DNA of 60,587 nt from Candidatus Methanomethylophilaceae archaeon (GCA_944321985.1 CALUNK010000001.1:1-60587); one strand, 5' to 3'. Counted from the first letter of the stretch, positions 26,982-36,187 are shown. The notes: generated from the letters alone by a model not told the origin. A program made the numbers and translations.

Positions 26982-27370
26982 CTGACCACCTCCAGCTTGA
27001 TGGCAGGCAGACCTAGCGTGGTCATCCCGTTCGACTGCCAGTAAGCTTCGACACCCGCACGCTCGATGATCTCCCCATACCGCTCCACCGTTTCCTTCCA
27101 TGCGGTCATCGCGTCTGCATGGATGATCTCTGTCACCTCGAGCTGTGTGTCCATCCAGTTGATTCCTTCCGGATCGACCCATGAGGATACGGTGTTGATG
27201 ATGTCGAGATATTCCCTGGCCGTCAGGTTTTCGAGAACCACGTAGTGCAGGCTCACCCAGAATACTCCGTTCACATTCTCGAAGTCGAGCTCCGGGTCCA
27301 CTGCTGCGGTGATCTTCTCGGGCGGTATCTCTCCGAGGATCTCCGCTGCGATCATCGGCGAGATAATCAT
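26978..27370 (-). CDS. Hypothetical protein (130 aa)
   Basis: Start MIISPM through an ATGA overlap; GGAGG RBS. Confidence 0.6.
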   Translation of the reverse strand: MIISPMIAAEILGEIPPEKITAAVDPELDFENVNGVFWVSLHYVVLENLTAREYLDIINTVSSWVDPEGINWMDTQLEVTEIIHADAMTAWKETVERYGEIIERAGVEAYWQSNGMTTLGLPAIKLEVVR

Positions 27371-27576
27371 CTGACTGCCTCCCACCTGATGCAGCGCGTA
27401 TCGGGATCGATGTCGACCCTCCTGATGTCTCCCCACCTTTCCAGTGAGCGGAGACGCCTGCCGAAATTGACGCTGTCGGCCTCCGTTATCGAGAGTCCTG
27501 CACGCTCGATGATGTCGTACTTGGTGAGGGGGGATACGCTCCCCCTGAGGATGTCCAGGATCTCCTCCTGCCTCAT
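27367..27576 (-). CDS. Small winged-helix protein
   Basis: EILDILRG..PLTKYDI...RRLRSLERWGDI...IRW. Confidence 0.65.
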   Translation of the reverse strand: MRQEEILDILRGSVSPLTKYDIIERAGLSITEADSVNFGRRLRSLERWGDIRRVDIDPDTRCIRWEAVR

Positions 27577-27752
27577 TGCATCGCCTCCGTCATCATGAGA
27601 CACTCCGAGATGCGGTGCATCAGCTTGATGGCGTCCATCCTCTCCATCTTGACGGAGGTGGGGGCCCGATCTTCGAGGATGAGGGTGACCACGAAGGTTC
27701 CGTCTCTGGTGACGTCCACTGCGAGGCCCCCATGTGGGATGTCTGTGGTCAT
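27573..27752 (-). CDS. Hypothetical protein (59 aa, not in the ORF track)
   Basis: MTTDIPHGG...EAMQ*; ATGA overlaps at both ends; GGAGGTG RBS. Confidence 0.55.
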   Translation of the reverse strand: MTTDIPHGGLAVDVTRDGTFVVTLILEDRAPTSVKMERMDAIKLMHRISECLMMTEAMQ

Positions 27753-28003
27753 TCGTCCACCTCCTCCTCGTCTAAGTCATCCAGACGCTTCTGTCCCTTA
27801 GACAGGTTCAGTCCGGACCTCCCTGCAAGCATGAGCATGTCATCCGTGGCAGTGAGCTCGTAGAACATGCGGTGCTGCTTGCAGAACCAGAACCACATGT
27901 CGATCTCCGGGCCGTCGCAAGCGACCTTGAACTTGAGGGTACAGGTCACGTTTCCATCCTTGTCCGCGGATCCGGTGGACGTCTTGATGTCGGACACACT
28001 CAT
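27749..28003 (-). CDS. Hypothetical protein with a C-terminal QKRLDDL
   Basis: GTG start with a GGAGGTG RBS; coupled to its neighbours. Confidence 0.55.
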   Translation of the reverse strand: MSVSDIKTSTGSADKDGNVTCTLKFKVACDGPEIDMWFWFCKQHRMFYELTATDDMLMLAGRSGLNLSKGQKRLDDLDEEEVDE

Positions 28004-28323
28004 TCTCCCACCTCCTTGAGCTCGATGTCGGCCCCTTCGTGGAACTCGACGTACCCTCTGACACGGAAGTCATGTCCAGACGTGTCGCCGATGGCAAGTT
28101 GCATCATGCCCTCATGCCATGAGGGCCTGACCTCGATGCGGCGACCACTCCCTGCGTGGACCTGACAGCATCCTACGGGGACAATCATGTCCCACTGGAT
28201 GCCTGTAACCTGGAGGTACACGGCGGTCTCGTTGCCGATCTCCACGCACAGGTTCTTCCTGTTTTTGGGCTTGAGTCTCGTGGTCAGCTCGACGATCCTC
28301 TCATTGAACTCAGCGGCGTTCAC
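28000..28323 (-). CDS. Hypothetical protein (107 aa)
   Basis: GTGA overlap with the upstream stop. Confidence 0.55.
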   Translation of the reverse strand: MNAAEFNERIVELTTRLKPKNRKNLCVEIGNETAVYLQVTGIQWDMIVPVGCCQVHAGSGRRIEVRPSWHEGMMQLAIGDTSGHDFRVRGYVEFHEGADIELKEVGE

Positions 28324-28568
28324 TGTACTGCCTCCCTGCCCTTGTCGGTGACGTTCCATACGTACACCTGCCCGACCTTCCTGGGCTCGGTGAGGTATCC
28401 GGCAGAGGCCATGCGCCCCAGCATCTCCTTGGCCTCCTTCGCGTCCTTATGGGTGGCAGTATGGCGGGTGACCGTGGACGTCTTGACGACGCCCTTGGTG
28501 TTCTTGACCGCGTAGCGCAGCGTGGCCTCCCAGTATCCGGGAAGGACCCTCTCGACGTCAGGGGTCAT
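28320..28568 (-). CDS. Small winged-helix-like protein
   Basis: LGRMASAGYL...VYVWNVTDKGRE. Confidence 0.6.
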   Translation of the reverse strand: MTPDVERVLPGYWEATLRYAVKNTKGVVKTSTVTRHTATHKDAKEAKEMLGRMASAGYLTEPRKVGQVYVWNVTDKGREAVQ

Positions 28569-28726
28569 GCGACCGCCCTCCTGCGTCCGACGATGGCGTA
28601 CAAGTCCCCGTCCATGAAGATCTCATATCCCGGGTGCTGTTCCTGCAGCCTGGCAATCTCCGCCATCATCTGCGACAGCGTGAGGTCGCAGGTGCGGATG
28701 TCGATGAGCACCATGTCGGGCTCCAT
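28565..28726 (-). CDS. Hypothetical protein (53 aa)
   Basis: Start MEPDMV overlapping the upstream stop. Confidence 0.5.
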   Translation of the reverse strand: MEPDMVLIDIRTCDLTLSQMMAEIARLQEQHPGYEIFMDGDLYAIVGRRRAVA

Positions 28727-28977
28727 CAGTCCCACCCCTTGCAGCCGCAGTAGTAGCGGTCGAACTGCTGCTCGGTGTGCTCGAAGAAGGGAAGTTCCCA
28801 CCGGCTCGGGACCTCATGCCTGCAGTAGCAGCACCTGGCCTTCCTGCCTTCGAGGCCGTCCGATCCAGAGACCTCCCGGAGGGGCGTGGTGCATCCGCAG
28901 ATCGCGCATGCGGGTCCACCGTCGCAGGTGGCGTTGCTGGCGTGGCCGCAAGCCATCATGAAGACGGTGCGGTTCAT
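28726..28977 (-). CDS. Cys-rich Zn-finger protein (83 aa)
   Basis: CGH, CAIC, CCYC and CGC motifs. Confidence 0.6.
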   Translation of the reverse strand: MNRTVFMMACGHASNATCDGGPACAICGCTTPLREVSGSDGLEGRKARCCYCRHEVPSRWELPFFEHTEQQFDRYYCGCKGWD

Positions 28978-29408
28978 TCCCTCACCTCCTTCCTTACCAG
29001 GATGTACTGGGGCTTCACCACATGTTCGACCGAAACCCTGTCCATCATCTCGCTACGCTGATCCTTGTCGGTGTAGAGCCACTCCATGTCGGTCTTCGAC
29101 AGCTTGGGCTTCCACCTCTTGACCTGTTCTTCATAGAGGCGCTTGTACGCCTCGGGATCCTCGACGGCGAGCATGTCCGCGTCCGGGGACCTGCTGGTGC
29201 CGGATGCGTAGCGAATCTGGAGCTTCCAGTCATCCGCCTCGACGTCGTTCTGCTCCCTGGCCAGCTGGCAGCACTCTTCGTAGATGGTCCTGACCCTTGA
29301 GCTCTCATCGTCTAGCTCCTGGAGGTACTCCTTGAGCATGACCGCTCTGTCGATGGCCCTGACCTGGTCGAATCCCTTGACCTCGTCGGGGGAGTATAGA
29401 TGGGTCAC
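28974..29408 (-). CDS. Hypothetical protein next to the recombinase (144 aa)
   Basis: Helical and charged; GTGA coupling. Confidence 0.65.
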   Translation of the reverse strand: MTHLYSPDEVKGFDQVRAIDRAVMLKEYLQELDDESSRVRTIYEECCQLAREQNDVEADDWKLQIRYASGTSRSPDADMLAVEDPEAYKRLYEEQVKRWKPKLSKTDMEWLYTDKDQRSEMMDRVSVEHVVKPQYILVRKEVRE

Positions 29409-30283
29409 TGCTCTCCCTCCTGGTCGAGGATGATGTTGTAGAGCTCCACCTTCTGGTCGAAGGAAAGGTCGTAGATCGACCTCGCCCCGTTGGACAGCTT
29501 GAAGTTCTTGACCAGCTCCTTGTGCTGCGGAGTGGCCCCCTTCACGTTGAGGATGTTGTCCAGTTCCTTCTCCGGAGGAATAATCCTCCCGCCGGTCATC
29601 GGCTCCAGCTGGTCAGCGGTCTTGAATTCTGGTGGGGTGTCGTTGGCAGAACCTCCGTTGCTGCCGAAGAACCTGTCCTCTCTTGGAGGTTCATCTACAG
29701 GTTCATCCCCGCCGTTGTTGATCGCCTCCGGGTCCTGGGCGTCATCACCGTCGATGGCGTAGAGCGTCCTGTAGAGGCTCCTCTGAGCATTGGTCAGGAT
29801 CTTGTTGGTCAACTTGTCGCTGTTATCCTGGACTTCGAATGCGACCGTCGTTCTGATGCAATCGTCTTCGTCCCTACCGTAGATGCACACGTTGACATGA
29901 CCGTTGGCAGCATACCATGTGGTCTCCTTGCCGGTGTAGTCGTACCTCAGATAGTTCGGATTCCACTTCTGCTCCTTCTTGATGTATGTGTAGCGCTTCT
30001 CGCCCTTCTCGGTGTCATATTCCGGCACACCGAATATTACCACAAGGCCTGCCTGTGCGTGGGCATTCCTGACGGCCTCGAGGATCTGCCCGATGCTCAC
30101 GTACCAGTAGCCGTCCCCCTTGTCGTCCTTCTTGTTGGGCCTGCGTGTTTCGACGTACTTGTCCTTGACGAACTTGTAGTCGGCAATCACTTTGTATGCG
30201 ATGTTGAGTCTCTGGAAGACGTTGAGGTCGGAGACGTCGATGTATGTCTCCCTCTCTCCCTCTCCCCCTGCGGTAGACATCAT
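29405..30283 (-). CDS. ERF-family single-strand annealing protein
   Basis: NVFQRL...YWYVSIGQILEAVR...GL and DNSDK..NKILTNAQR..Y...D.DPE pattern typical of ERF recombinases. Confidence 0.65.
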   Translation of the reverse strand: MMSTAGGEGERETYIDVSDLNVFQRLNIAYKVIADYKFVKDKYVETRRPNKKDDKGDGYWYVSIGQILEAVRNAHAQAGLVVIFGVPEYDTEKGEKRYTYIKKEQKWNPNYLRYDYTGKETTWYAANGHVNVCIYGRDEDDCIRTTVAFEVQDNSDKLTNKILTNAQRSLYRTLYAIDGDDAQDPEAINNGGDEPVDEPPREDRFFGSNGGSANDTPPEFKTADQLEPMTGGRIIPPEKELDNILNVKGATPQHKELVKNFKLSNGARSIYDLSFDQKVELYNIILDQEGEQ

Positions 30284-30633
30284 CAGTACGCCTCCACGGA
30301 GATGCGAGATCCGGACGGCTCCCTGCCGGTCGCCTCAAGTAGCTCACGGGCGGAGGGTGCCATGTAGTTCGCGAACTTCCACAGATTGATCTCGGCAGCA
30401 TCGTAGTTCTTCTTGCCGTATGGGCGGACTACGCCCTTGACGACGAGCAGATCCCACTTTGTTCTGATGGTCTTTGGGTCGCTCAGGAGCTCATTCCTGA
30501 GCATGTCGTCCTTGAACTTGCCAAAATCGTAACTGACGACATTCCAGCTCTTTTTCGCCATGACGATGGCGAAGGCTTCAGCGCGAGACGAGTATATCTC
30601 GCGCATGATCTCCTCGTATGAGACCTTCTGCAT
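30283..30633 (-). CDS. Hypothetical protein (116 aa), first gene of the viral early operon
   Basis: TGATG coupling to the ERF-like gene. Confidence 0.65.
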   Translation of the reverse strand: MQKVSYEEIMREIYSSRAEAFAIVMAKKSWNVVSYDFGKFKDDMLRNELLSDPKTIRTKWDLLVVKGVVRPYGKKNYDAAEINLWKFANYMAPSARELLEATGREPSGSRISVEAY

Positions 30634-30635
30634 TT

Positions 30636-30670
30636 CGATTTCCCTCTTGTTTTTTCAAGAGGCGAAATCG
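30636..30670. other. 14-bp hairpin at the provirus/host junction
   Basis: cgatttc-cctcttg / tttttt loop / caagagg-c-gaaatcg. Confidence 0.7.
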
Positions 30671-30681
30671 TGGAATCTCCC

Positions 30682-31710
30682 TCAGAAGTCCCTGAACGGA
30701 ACTATATCACAACACTTGCATTCGAAGCACATGGTGATCGAGGTCTCGGTGGTCAGCCCGTGCCTGTTCATGACCCTCTTCTGCATTTCGGCCAGTCTCA
30801 GGGCTCTCTCAGGGGACACCGGTTCGCTACGGATACCCGCCTTCACAAGTCTGGTGCGGTTCAGGTCGTTGACCCTCAAGGCTCTCAGACCCGGGAGTAC
30901 ACCCATCCTGCACATCCGCTCCATTGCCATGTCCAGGTCGGCATCTGTTTCACCCATGCCGTAGATGATGTTCGAGATCACCCTGCCCCTTCCGAAGATG
31001 TCAACGGCATCGGCAAGCAGTGCCCATATGTCATCGAAGTTGAGATCGGGACATGCCTTGGAGAAGATGTCCCTCCGAGGGGTCTCCAGATTCAATTTGA
31101 TCTCGTCGGCACCTGCATCCTTCAGCATCTGAATGTGTTCCCTGGATGAGACGTACGGCTCCACACCTATCGGCATGTCGGGATATTTCGAACGAACGGA
31201 TTTCACGACATCTATGAATCTGGCCACCGTGGAGTCCACGTCACCGACAACTCCGCTGGTCAGGGAGACGGCTTTGACGTCGTACTGGGACTCCGATTCC
31301 TCCATCATCTCCATTATGCTGTCTGTGGACAGGTGCTTGTCCATCGACGGATCAAGTACGGGGGACGTGCAGTAGGCGCATCCGTAAATGCATCTGGGGT
31401 CCAGATTGAAGAACGCCTGCTCCGGGCAATGTCTCACGACTGGGACGATCTCAACCCTGGTTATGAACTGCTTCCCTCTTCTGGTCAGGGATAGCTTCCC
31501 TCTTTTGCCGACAACAAGTTCGAATTCCCCACTGTCGTAGGAAATCGACTTCTTCACACGGTATCCATCGAAGGAGAACACCGCGGATCCGAACCCTGCA
31601 CCGGGACCGGCAGTGGAGTTGGATATCCTGCAGGGAAGCTCGAAGCCCTCGGGAAGTTTCACAGGACCGCCGAGGGTCAGGATCGCCTTGCGTTTCAGAG
31701 CCTCTTCCAT
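30682..31710 (-). CDS. Radical SAM protein (biotin-synthase-like)
   Basis: CIYGCAYC motif; TIM-barrel-like motifs. Confidence 0.85.
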   Translation of the reverse strand: MEEALKRKAILTLGGPVKLPEGFELPCRISNSTAGPGAGFGSAVFSFDGYRVKKSISYDSGEFELVVGKRGKLSLTRRGKQFITRVEIVPVVRHCPEQAFFNLDPRCIYGCAYCTSPVLDPSMDKHLSTDSIMEMMEESESQYDVKAVSLTSGVVGDVDSTVARFIDVVKSVRSKYPDMPIGVEPYVSSREHIQMLKDAGADEIKLNLETPRRDIFSKACPDLNFDDIWALLADAVDIFGRGRVISNIIYGMGETDADLDMAMERMCRMGVLPGLRALRVNDLNRTRLVKAGIRSEPVSPERALRLAEMQKRVMNRHGLTTETSITMCFECKCCDIVPFRDF

Positions 31711-33110
31711 TTGGCGCCCTCCGCCGAATCCTCCAGAGAGAACCCGGCCTCCTTGACGCGGTCGCGGATTATGTCAGCGAGGTCGTACATCTTGCGCTTC
31801 CTGAGCTCCTGGCGCAGATCGATAAGTACGGACATGATCGAATCGAGTTCCTCATCGGTCTTGCCGTCCTCCGGCATGATTCCCAGAACGGTGTCGAACT
31901 CCTTGATGAGGGACATCCATCCCAGCGCGGTGCCGGCCGTCATGGACCTGTCGGACAGCATCCTGTTGGACTCGGACGCCATCTCGAACATGACGCCAAT
32001 GGCCTCACGGGTGTTGAAGTCGTTATCCATCGCCTCTTTGAACCTCTGCCTGTATGCATCGATGGCAGCCTCGTCTGTCGGACCCTCGGGGGCGTTGCGG
32101 AGGTATGCCTGAAGCTCCCTGTAGTTGTTGGTGAGCCTTCCGAGGGCGGTCTCGGCCTCCTTCAGCATGTCCTCTCCGTAAACGAGGGGGCTCATGTAAT
32201 GGGTGTTGAGGAAGTAGAACCTGATCGTGCGCGTGTCGTACTTGGCTAGGACATCCTTAACTGTGAAGAAGTTGCCCAGTGACTTAGACATCTTCTCTTC
32301 CTTGGACATGCCATGGCCCTTGACCTGGAGCATCCCGTTGTGCATCCAGTAGTTGGCGAGGGGTTTGCCCGTGACGGCCTCCGTCTGAAGTATCTCGTTC
32401 TCGTGATGGGGGAAGATGAGGTCGTTGCCTCCTCCGTGTATGTCGATCTGCTCCCCGAGGTAGCGGTAGATCATGGCTGAGCATTCGATGTGCCATCCAG
32501 GCCTGCCCTTTCCCCATGGGGAGTCCCAGGACACCTCTCCAGGCTTGGCAGCCTTCCAGACGGCGAAATCCTGAGGATTACGCTTGAACGGGTCGGCGGC
32601 GATGCGTCCCGATGACTGCATCTGGTCGGTGGTGCGGTTGGTGAGCCTGCCCTCCCCTCCCATCTTAGCCACGTCGAAATAGACGCTCCCGTCCTCGGCG
32701 ACGTAGCCGTAGCCGTTGTCGATGATCTTCTGGACCATGGTTATGATGTCGCCGATGCACTCGCTCGCCTTGGGATAGAAATCGGCACGGTTGATTCCGA
32801 GTCTGGCCGAGTCCTCGAAGTATTTTTGGATGTATCTGGCGGAAAGCTCCAAAGGTTCCACTCCCTCCTGCGCGGCGCGGGTGATGATCTTGTCGTCGAC
32901 ATCGGTGAAGTTCGTGACGTGGGTCACCTCGTAGCCGGAGTACCTTAGGTACCTGGCGACCATGTCGAATACGATCATGCTTCTTGCGTGGCCCATGTGG
33001 ATGTCGTCGTAAACTGTGACGCCACAGACGTACATCTTCACTTTTCCGGGTTCGATGGGCTTGAACTCCTGGACCGAGTTCGTGAGGGTGTTGTGAATCC
33101 TGAGTGACAT
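31695..33110 (-). CDS. cysS: Cysteine--tRNA ligase
   Basis: MYVCGVTVY, HMGH, GRPGWHIECS and KMSKS. Confidence 0.97.
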   Translation of the reverse strand: MSLRIHNTLTNSVQEFKPIEPGKVKMYVCGVTVYDDIHMGHARSMIVFDMVARYLRYSGYEVTHVTNFTDVDDKIITRAAQEGVEPLELSARYIQKYFEDSARLGINRADFYPKASECIGDIITMVQKIIDNGYGYVAEDGSVYFDVAKMGGEGRLTNRTTDQMQSSGRIAADPFKRNPQDFAVWKAAKPGEVSWDSPWGKGRPGWHIECSAMIYRYLGEQIDIHGGGNDLIFPHHENEILQTEAVTGKPLANYWMHNGMLQVKGHGMSKEEKMSKSLGNFFTVKDVLAKYDTRTIRFYFLNTHYMSPLVYGEDMLKEAETALGRLTNNYRELQAYLRNAPEGPTDEAAIDAYRQRFKEAMDNDFNTREAIGVMFEMASESNRMLSDRSMTAGTALGWMSLIKEFDTVLGIMPEDGKTDEELDSIMSVLIDLRQELRKRKMYDLADIIRDRVKEAGFSLEDSAEGAKWKRL

Positions 33111-33444
33111 CGGAATCGCGTGATAATCGGTTCCTCTAATTAATATTGTGATACGTTAAACTCGGAACCGACGACGTCTGGGAGAGGCGTCTCTGGTATT
33201 GAAGAGTGATCGAACGGCGCTCTATGCAGTGTCGATCCATCCGACCATGTCGTTATGCGGAAAGATCTGTTTCAACGGCATCCGGCGGTCGCCGTGTGTT
33301 CGGTGCTTCCACCAACATCATCATCGAATTGCCTGGGGAGATACGGAACAGCACTGTTCCCGAACAGGTGATGGGCGGGATGTCGGCAACCCTTGAAAGA
33401 AGGGAGAATAACGCCCTGACGGGCGTGTCTGGTTTAGACAGTAA

Positions 33445-34110
33445 TCAGAACTCGTCAGATTCCTTGTCCTTTAGCAGCTTCTCCAGGGCCGCCACCTGTG
33501 CCCTGAGCACAGAGATCTCCGCCTCCATGGAGGCCATCCTGTCCTTCTCGGGGTCCGGTAGCTGATTGTGCATCAGATCGCAGTCGCTCGTCTTCAGCCC
33601 CGCTCTTCTGACGATCCTTCCGGGAACTCCCACGACGGTGCAGTCGTCGGGGACATCCTTCAAGACGACAGATCCCGCCCCGATACGAACGTTGTTGCCG
33701 ATGGTGATGTCGCCGAGGACGGAGGCGTTGCAACCGATGACAACATGGTTGCCGATGGTCGGGTGTCTCTTCCCCTTGTTGGTGGAGACTCCGCCCAGGG
33801 TCACACCCTGATACAGGGAAACGTTGTCCCCGATGATGGCGGTCTCTCCGATAACAACGCCTGTGGCGTGATCTATGAAGAATCTCTTGCCGATGGTCGC
33901 ACCCGGATGTATGTCGCACCCTGTGAGCTGATGCGCCCTGAAGTTGATCTCCCTGGCTTCCATTTTCTTTCCAGCGAGCCACAGTTCATGGCTCTCTCTG
34001 TACATGCTGACGGCCTGCAGCCCCGTATGGAACCTTCTGGCGTCCTCCTCGTCGACTATGGCGGGATCCTTCTCCATCACCACTGCCAGGTCATCTGGGT
34101 CAATCTTCAT
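33445..34110 (-). CDS. cysE: Serine O-acetyltransferase
   Basis: DIHPGATIG, FFIDHATGVVIGETA and GKRHPTIG hexapeptide repeats. Confidence 0.95.
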   Translation of the reverse strand: MKIDPDDLAVVMEKDPAIVDEEDARRFHTGLQAVSMYRESHELWLAGKKMEAREINFRAHQLTGCDIHPGATIGKRFFIDHATGVVIGETAIIGDNVSLYQGVTLGGVSTNKGKRHPTIGNHVVIGCNASVLGDITIGNNVRIGAGSVVLKDVPDDCTVVGVPGRIVRRAGLKTSDCDLMHNQLPDPEKDRMASMEAEISVLRAQVAALEKLLKDKESDEF

Positions 34111-34255
34111 TTTATCGTCTCCGTATTTCGTTCTCAGTATAAGTGGATTCTAAAGGAAGCGGCCATTCGCCGACTGTCTATTCAAAAGAGGGGGGGGGGC
34201 ATCCCCCGGGATTGGTGCTTTTCCTTCCCAGGGGATTTTTTCTCGGGGACGCCGG

Positions 34256-36187
34256 TCACTGGTCGAACCCTTCGTTGTCCCTGGCGAAGTTTACAGATGG
34301 GCAGGGCCCGAAGCAGTCTCTGCAGTAGATGCATTCGTCCTCGTTTATTTTCACCTGCCCGTCTTCCATGTAGAGGGCGCCGGGATCGCATCTGGCCGCG
34401 CATAGGCCGCATCCGACGCACTGCTCCGCCCTGACAACGACCTGGAAGGCGTGGTCCATATGTTTCCTGGCGTCGTTCTCGACGTTCGCCTTGCATATGA
34501 TGGCGCCTTCACGGTAGATGGTGGTGTAGTCTGCCGAAACGAACTCCCCGTCAGGGTCTACGGTTACAACCCATCCGAGGGCATGGCAGAAGGGCTTGAC
34601 CTTCTCTATATCAATCGGTCTGGACAGCGCTGCCTCGATGCTGTATCCGATGGTGCAGGGGGAGTATCCCTCCTGAACCTTGATTGTCAGAGGTCCCCTC
34701 TCCGGGGCCTTCGTCTGTTTCGTCAATTCCGACACCTCCTTTCCTGAAATCCTGTGCACCTCCTCCCTGATGGATTTCGGTGCGTTCTTCCATCTCCAGA
34801 GCCCGTATTCCTTCCATTCCTCAGGGAGTCCGCGCTCCTGCATGTACCGAGTCAGGTACTCGTCCCACTGGCTCCAGCGGGAGCTCTTGCCGGCGATGGC
34901 ATCGAACTCCGCGAGGTCGGAGGCAGGGCAGAGGAAGCACCCTATTCTGTCCAGTCCGCGGGTGTACCAAACGTTGAAAGGCTCCTTCTTGGAGAAGATG
35001 TAGAGCCATACGTGCATTGCGCACCAGTTCTGGATCGGGGATGCCCCTATCTGGCCCGGGGTCCAGGGGTTGGTCCACACCCTGGGCTTCGCGTTCCTGG
35101 CCTCGGATTCGTACTTCCTCTGGCCGATGAACGATAGGACTCCGTCGGGGAAGTTCTTGGTGATGGCGCCGACGGTGGGGCCGAGTTTGCAGGTCTTGCA
35201 GCACCACCTGTAATCCTTGGCAGGCGGTCCGAAGTACACGAGGTTTCCGAAGAAGGCATCGGTTGGGGCCTTCTCTTCGATGAGTCTGAGGTTGTGCCTC
35301 CGGCACACGTCGTGGACATGCTCCACCGTCTCGTCGAACTCCAGTCCTGTGTCAACGAACAGCACCGGCAGGCTGAAGCCAGCGTCTATGGTAAGGAGAA
35401 GAGAGGCGAGGCTGTCCTTCCCACCGGAGAAGGAGACTATCGCCGGTTTCTGGTTCTTCTCGATGGTGTTCCTAATGAAGCCAACCGCCTCCGTTACCCT
35501 CTTTGTTATCACGTCGCGGTTGGCTTCCACTACGTCATCCCAGCTGTGGGGGGTCTGGAGGTCCTTGAACTCCTCGGGCTTGTACCATCTCGTCTTCACG
35601 GCAACGCCCTTGTCGGCGGCGACCATCTCGGGACCTGTCATTCTGGCCATACCAGTGGCGACAACCTCCCTGTCGGCGGTGACGATGATAATCTCGTCCC
35701 CGGGCACGATGTCCGGATCCGCATCCACCACGCCGGGCGCCATGAGGTTCTTGCTTTCTCTGACGAATGGGACCGCACCGGGATCGCAAACGACGTATCC
35801 CTTGGAGTACGCCTTCCCGATGCGGTAAGCACCCTGCATCCTGGACACGAACTTCCATCCGGAGCCCATGTCGTACCGCAGGGATGCCACCACCGCACCG
35901 TCTACTATGACCTCATCCATGCGGTCCAGGGCCGGTGCCTTGCTGAGGATGACCACATGCCCATCCGGGAGCACAGCCTGTCCGGTGCCCTCCCCGTAAT
36001 CCCTGTCCAAGATCGACCTTATCAGGTCGATGTCGTGCTGGAACGCAGGACGGGCATCACCCGGGGGCGTCAGCTCAATCTCCTCGGTTTGCTCTCCGCA
36101 AACCGGGCACTCCTTGGACTCAAGTATCGGAAGGTTGCACCTGTAGCACCATCTTAGATGGTTCTTTCCCAGTCTTATGGCTCCCAT
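34256..36187 (-). CDS. PAPS-reductase-family protein with PUA and 4Fe-4S domains
   Basis: SFSGGKDS PP-loop, RWCC, RIGCFLCP, PUA-like MAPGVVDAD, and two CxxCxxCxxxC motifs. Confidence 0.88.
   Translation of the reverse strand: MGAIRLGKNHLRWCYRCNLPILESKECPVCGEQTEEIELTPPGDARPAFQHDIDLIRSILDRDYGEGTGQAVLPDGHVVILSKAPALDRMDEVIVDGAVVASLRYDMGSGWKFVSRMQGAYRIGKAYSKGYVVCDPGAVPFVRESKNLMAPGVVDADPDIVPGDEIIIVTADREVVATGMARMTGPEMVAADKGVAVKTRWYKPEEFKDLQTPHSWDDVVEANRDVITKRVTEAVGFIRNTIEKNQKPAIVSFSGGKDSLASLLLTIDAGFSLPVLFVDTGLEFDETVEHVHDVCRRHNLRLIEEKAPTDAFFGNLVYFGPPAKDYRWCCKTCKLGPTVGAITKNFPDGVLSFIGQRKYESEARNAKPRVWTNPWTPGQIGASPIQNWCAMHVWLYIFSKKEPFNVWYTRGLDRIGCFLCPASDLAEFDAIAGKSSRWSQWDEYLTRYMQERGLPEEWKEYGLWRWKNAPKSIREEVHRISGKEVSELTKQTKAPERGPLTIKVQEGYSPCTIGYSIEAALSRPIDIEKVKPFCHALGWVVTVDPDGEFVSADYTTIYREGAIICKANVENDARKHMDHAFQVVVRAEQCVGCGLCAARCDPGALYMEDGQVKINEDECIYCRDCFGPCPSVNFARDNEGFDQ

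Larger units (their letters stand above)
1..30670 (-). mobile_element. Provirus of an archaeal tailed virus (Caudoviricetes, siphovirus-like); left part off-window, right boundary approximate
   Basis: Contiguous co-oriented terS-terL-portal-protease-HK97 MCP-neck-tail genes plus tightly coupled small early ORFs. Host genes (radical SAM, cysS) start at 30682. No integrase or att site visible in the window. Confidence 0.92.

Noticed and set aside
1-30670. Gene transfer agent interpretation (short TMP, giant tail-tip protein, no integrase seen)
   Set aside because: An early region with recombinase, PCNA and many small ORFs, plus morons, fits a genuine provirus; integrase and replication genes may be off-window. 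Not fully excluded.
33318-33419. C/D box sRNA in the cysE-cysS spacer
   Set aside because: The C-box-like and CTGA elements are mismatched or lack properly spaced D'/C' partners.
34190-34207. G10 homopolymer as a phase-variation switch
   Set aside because: It is intergenic and pairs with the adjacent CCCCC, so it is more simply part of a terminator stem after the PAPS-reductase-family gene.
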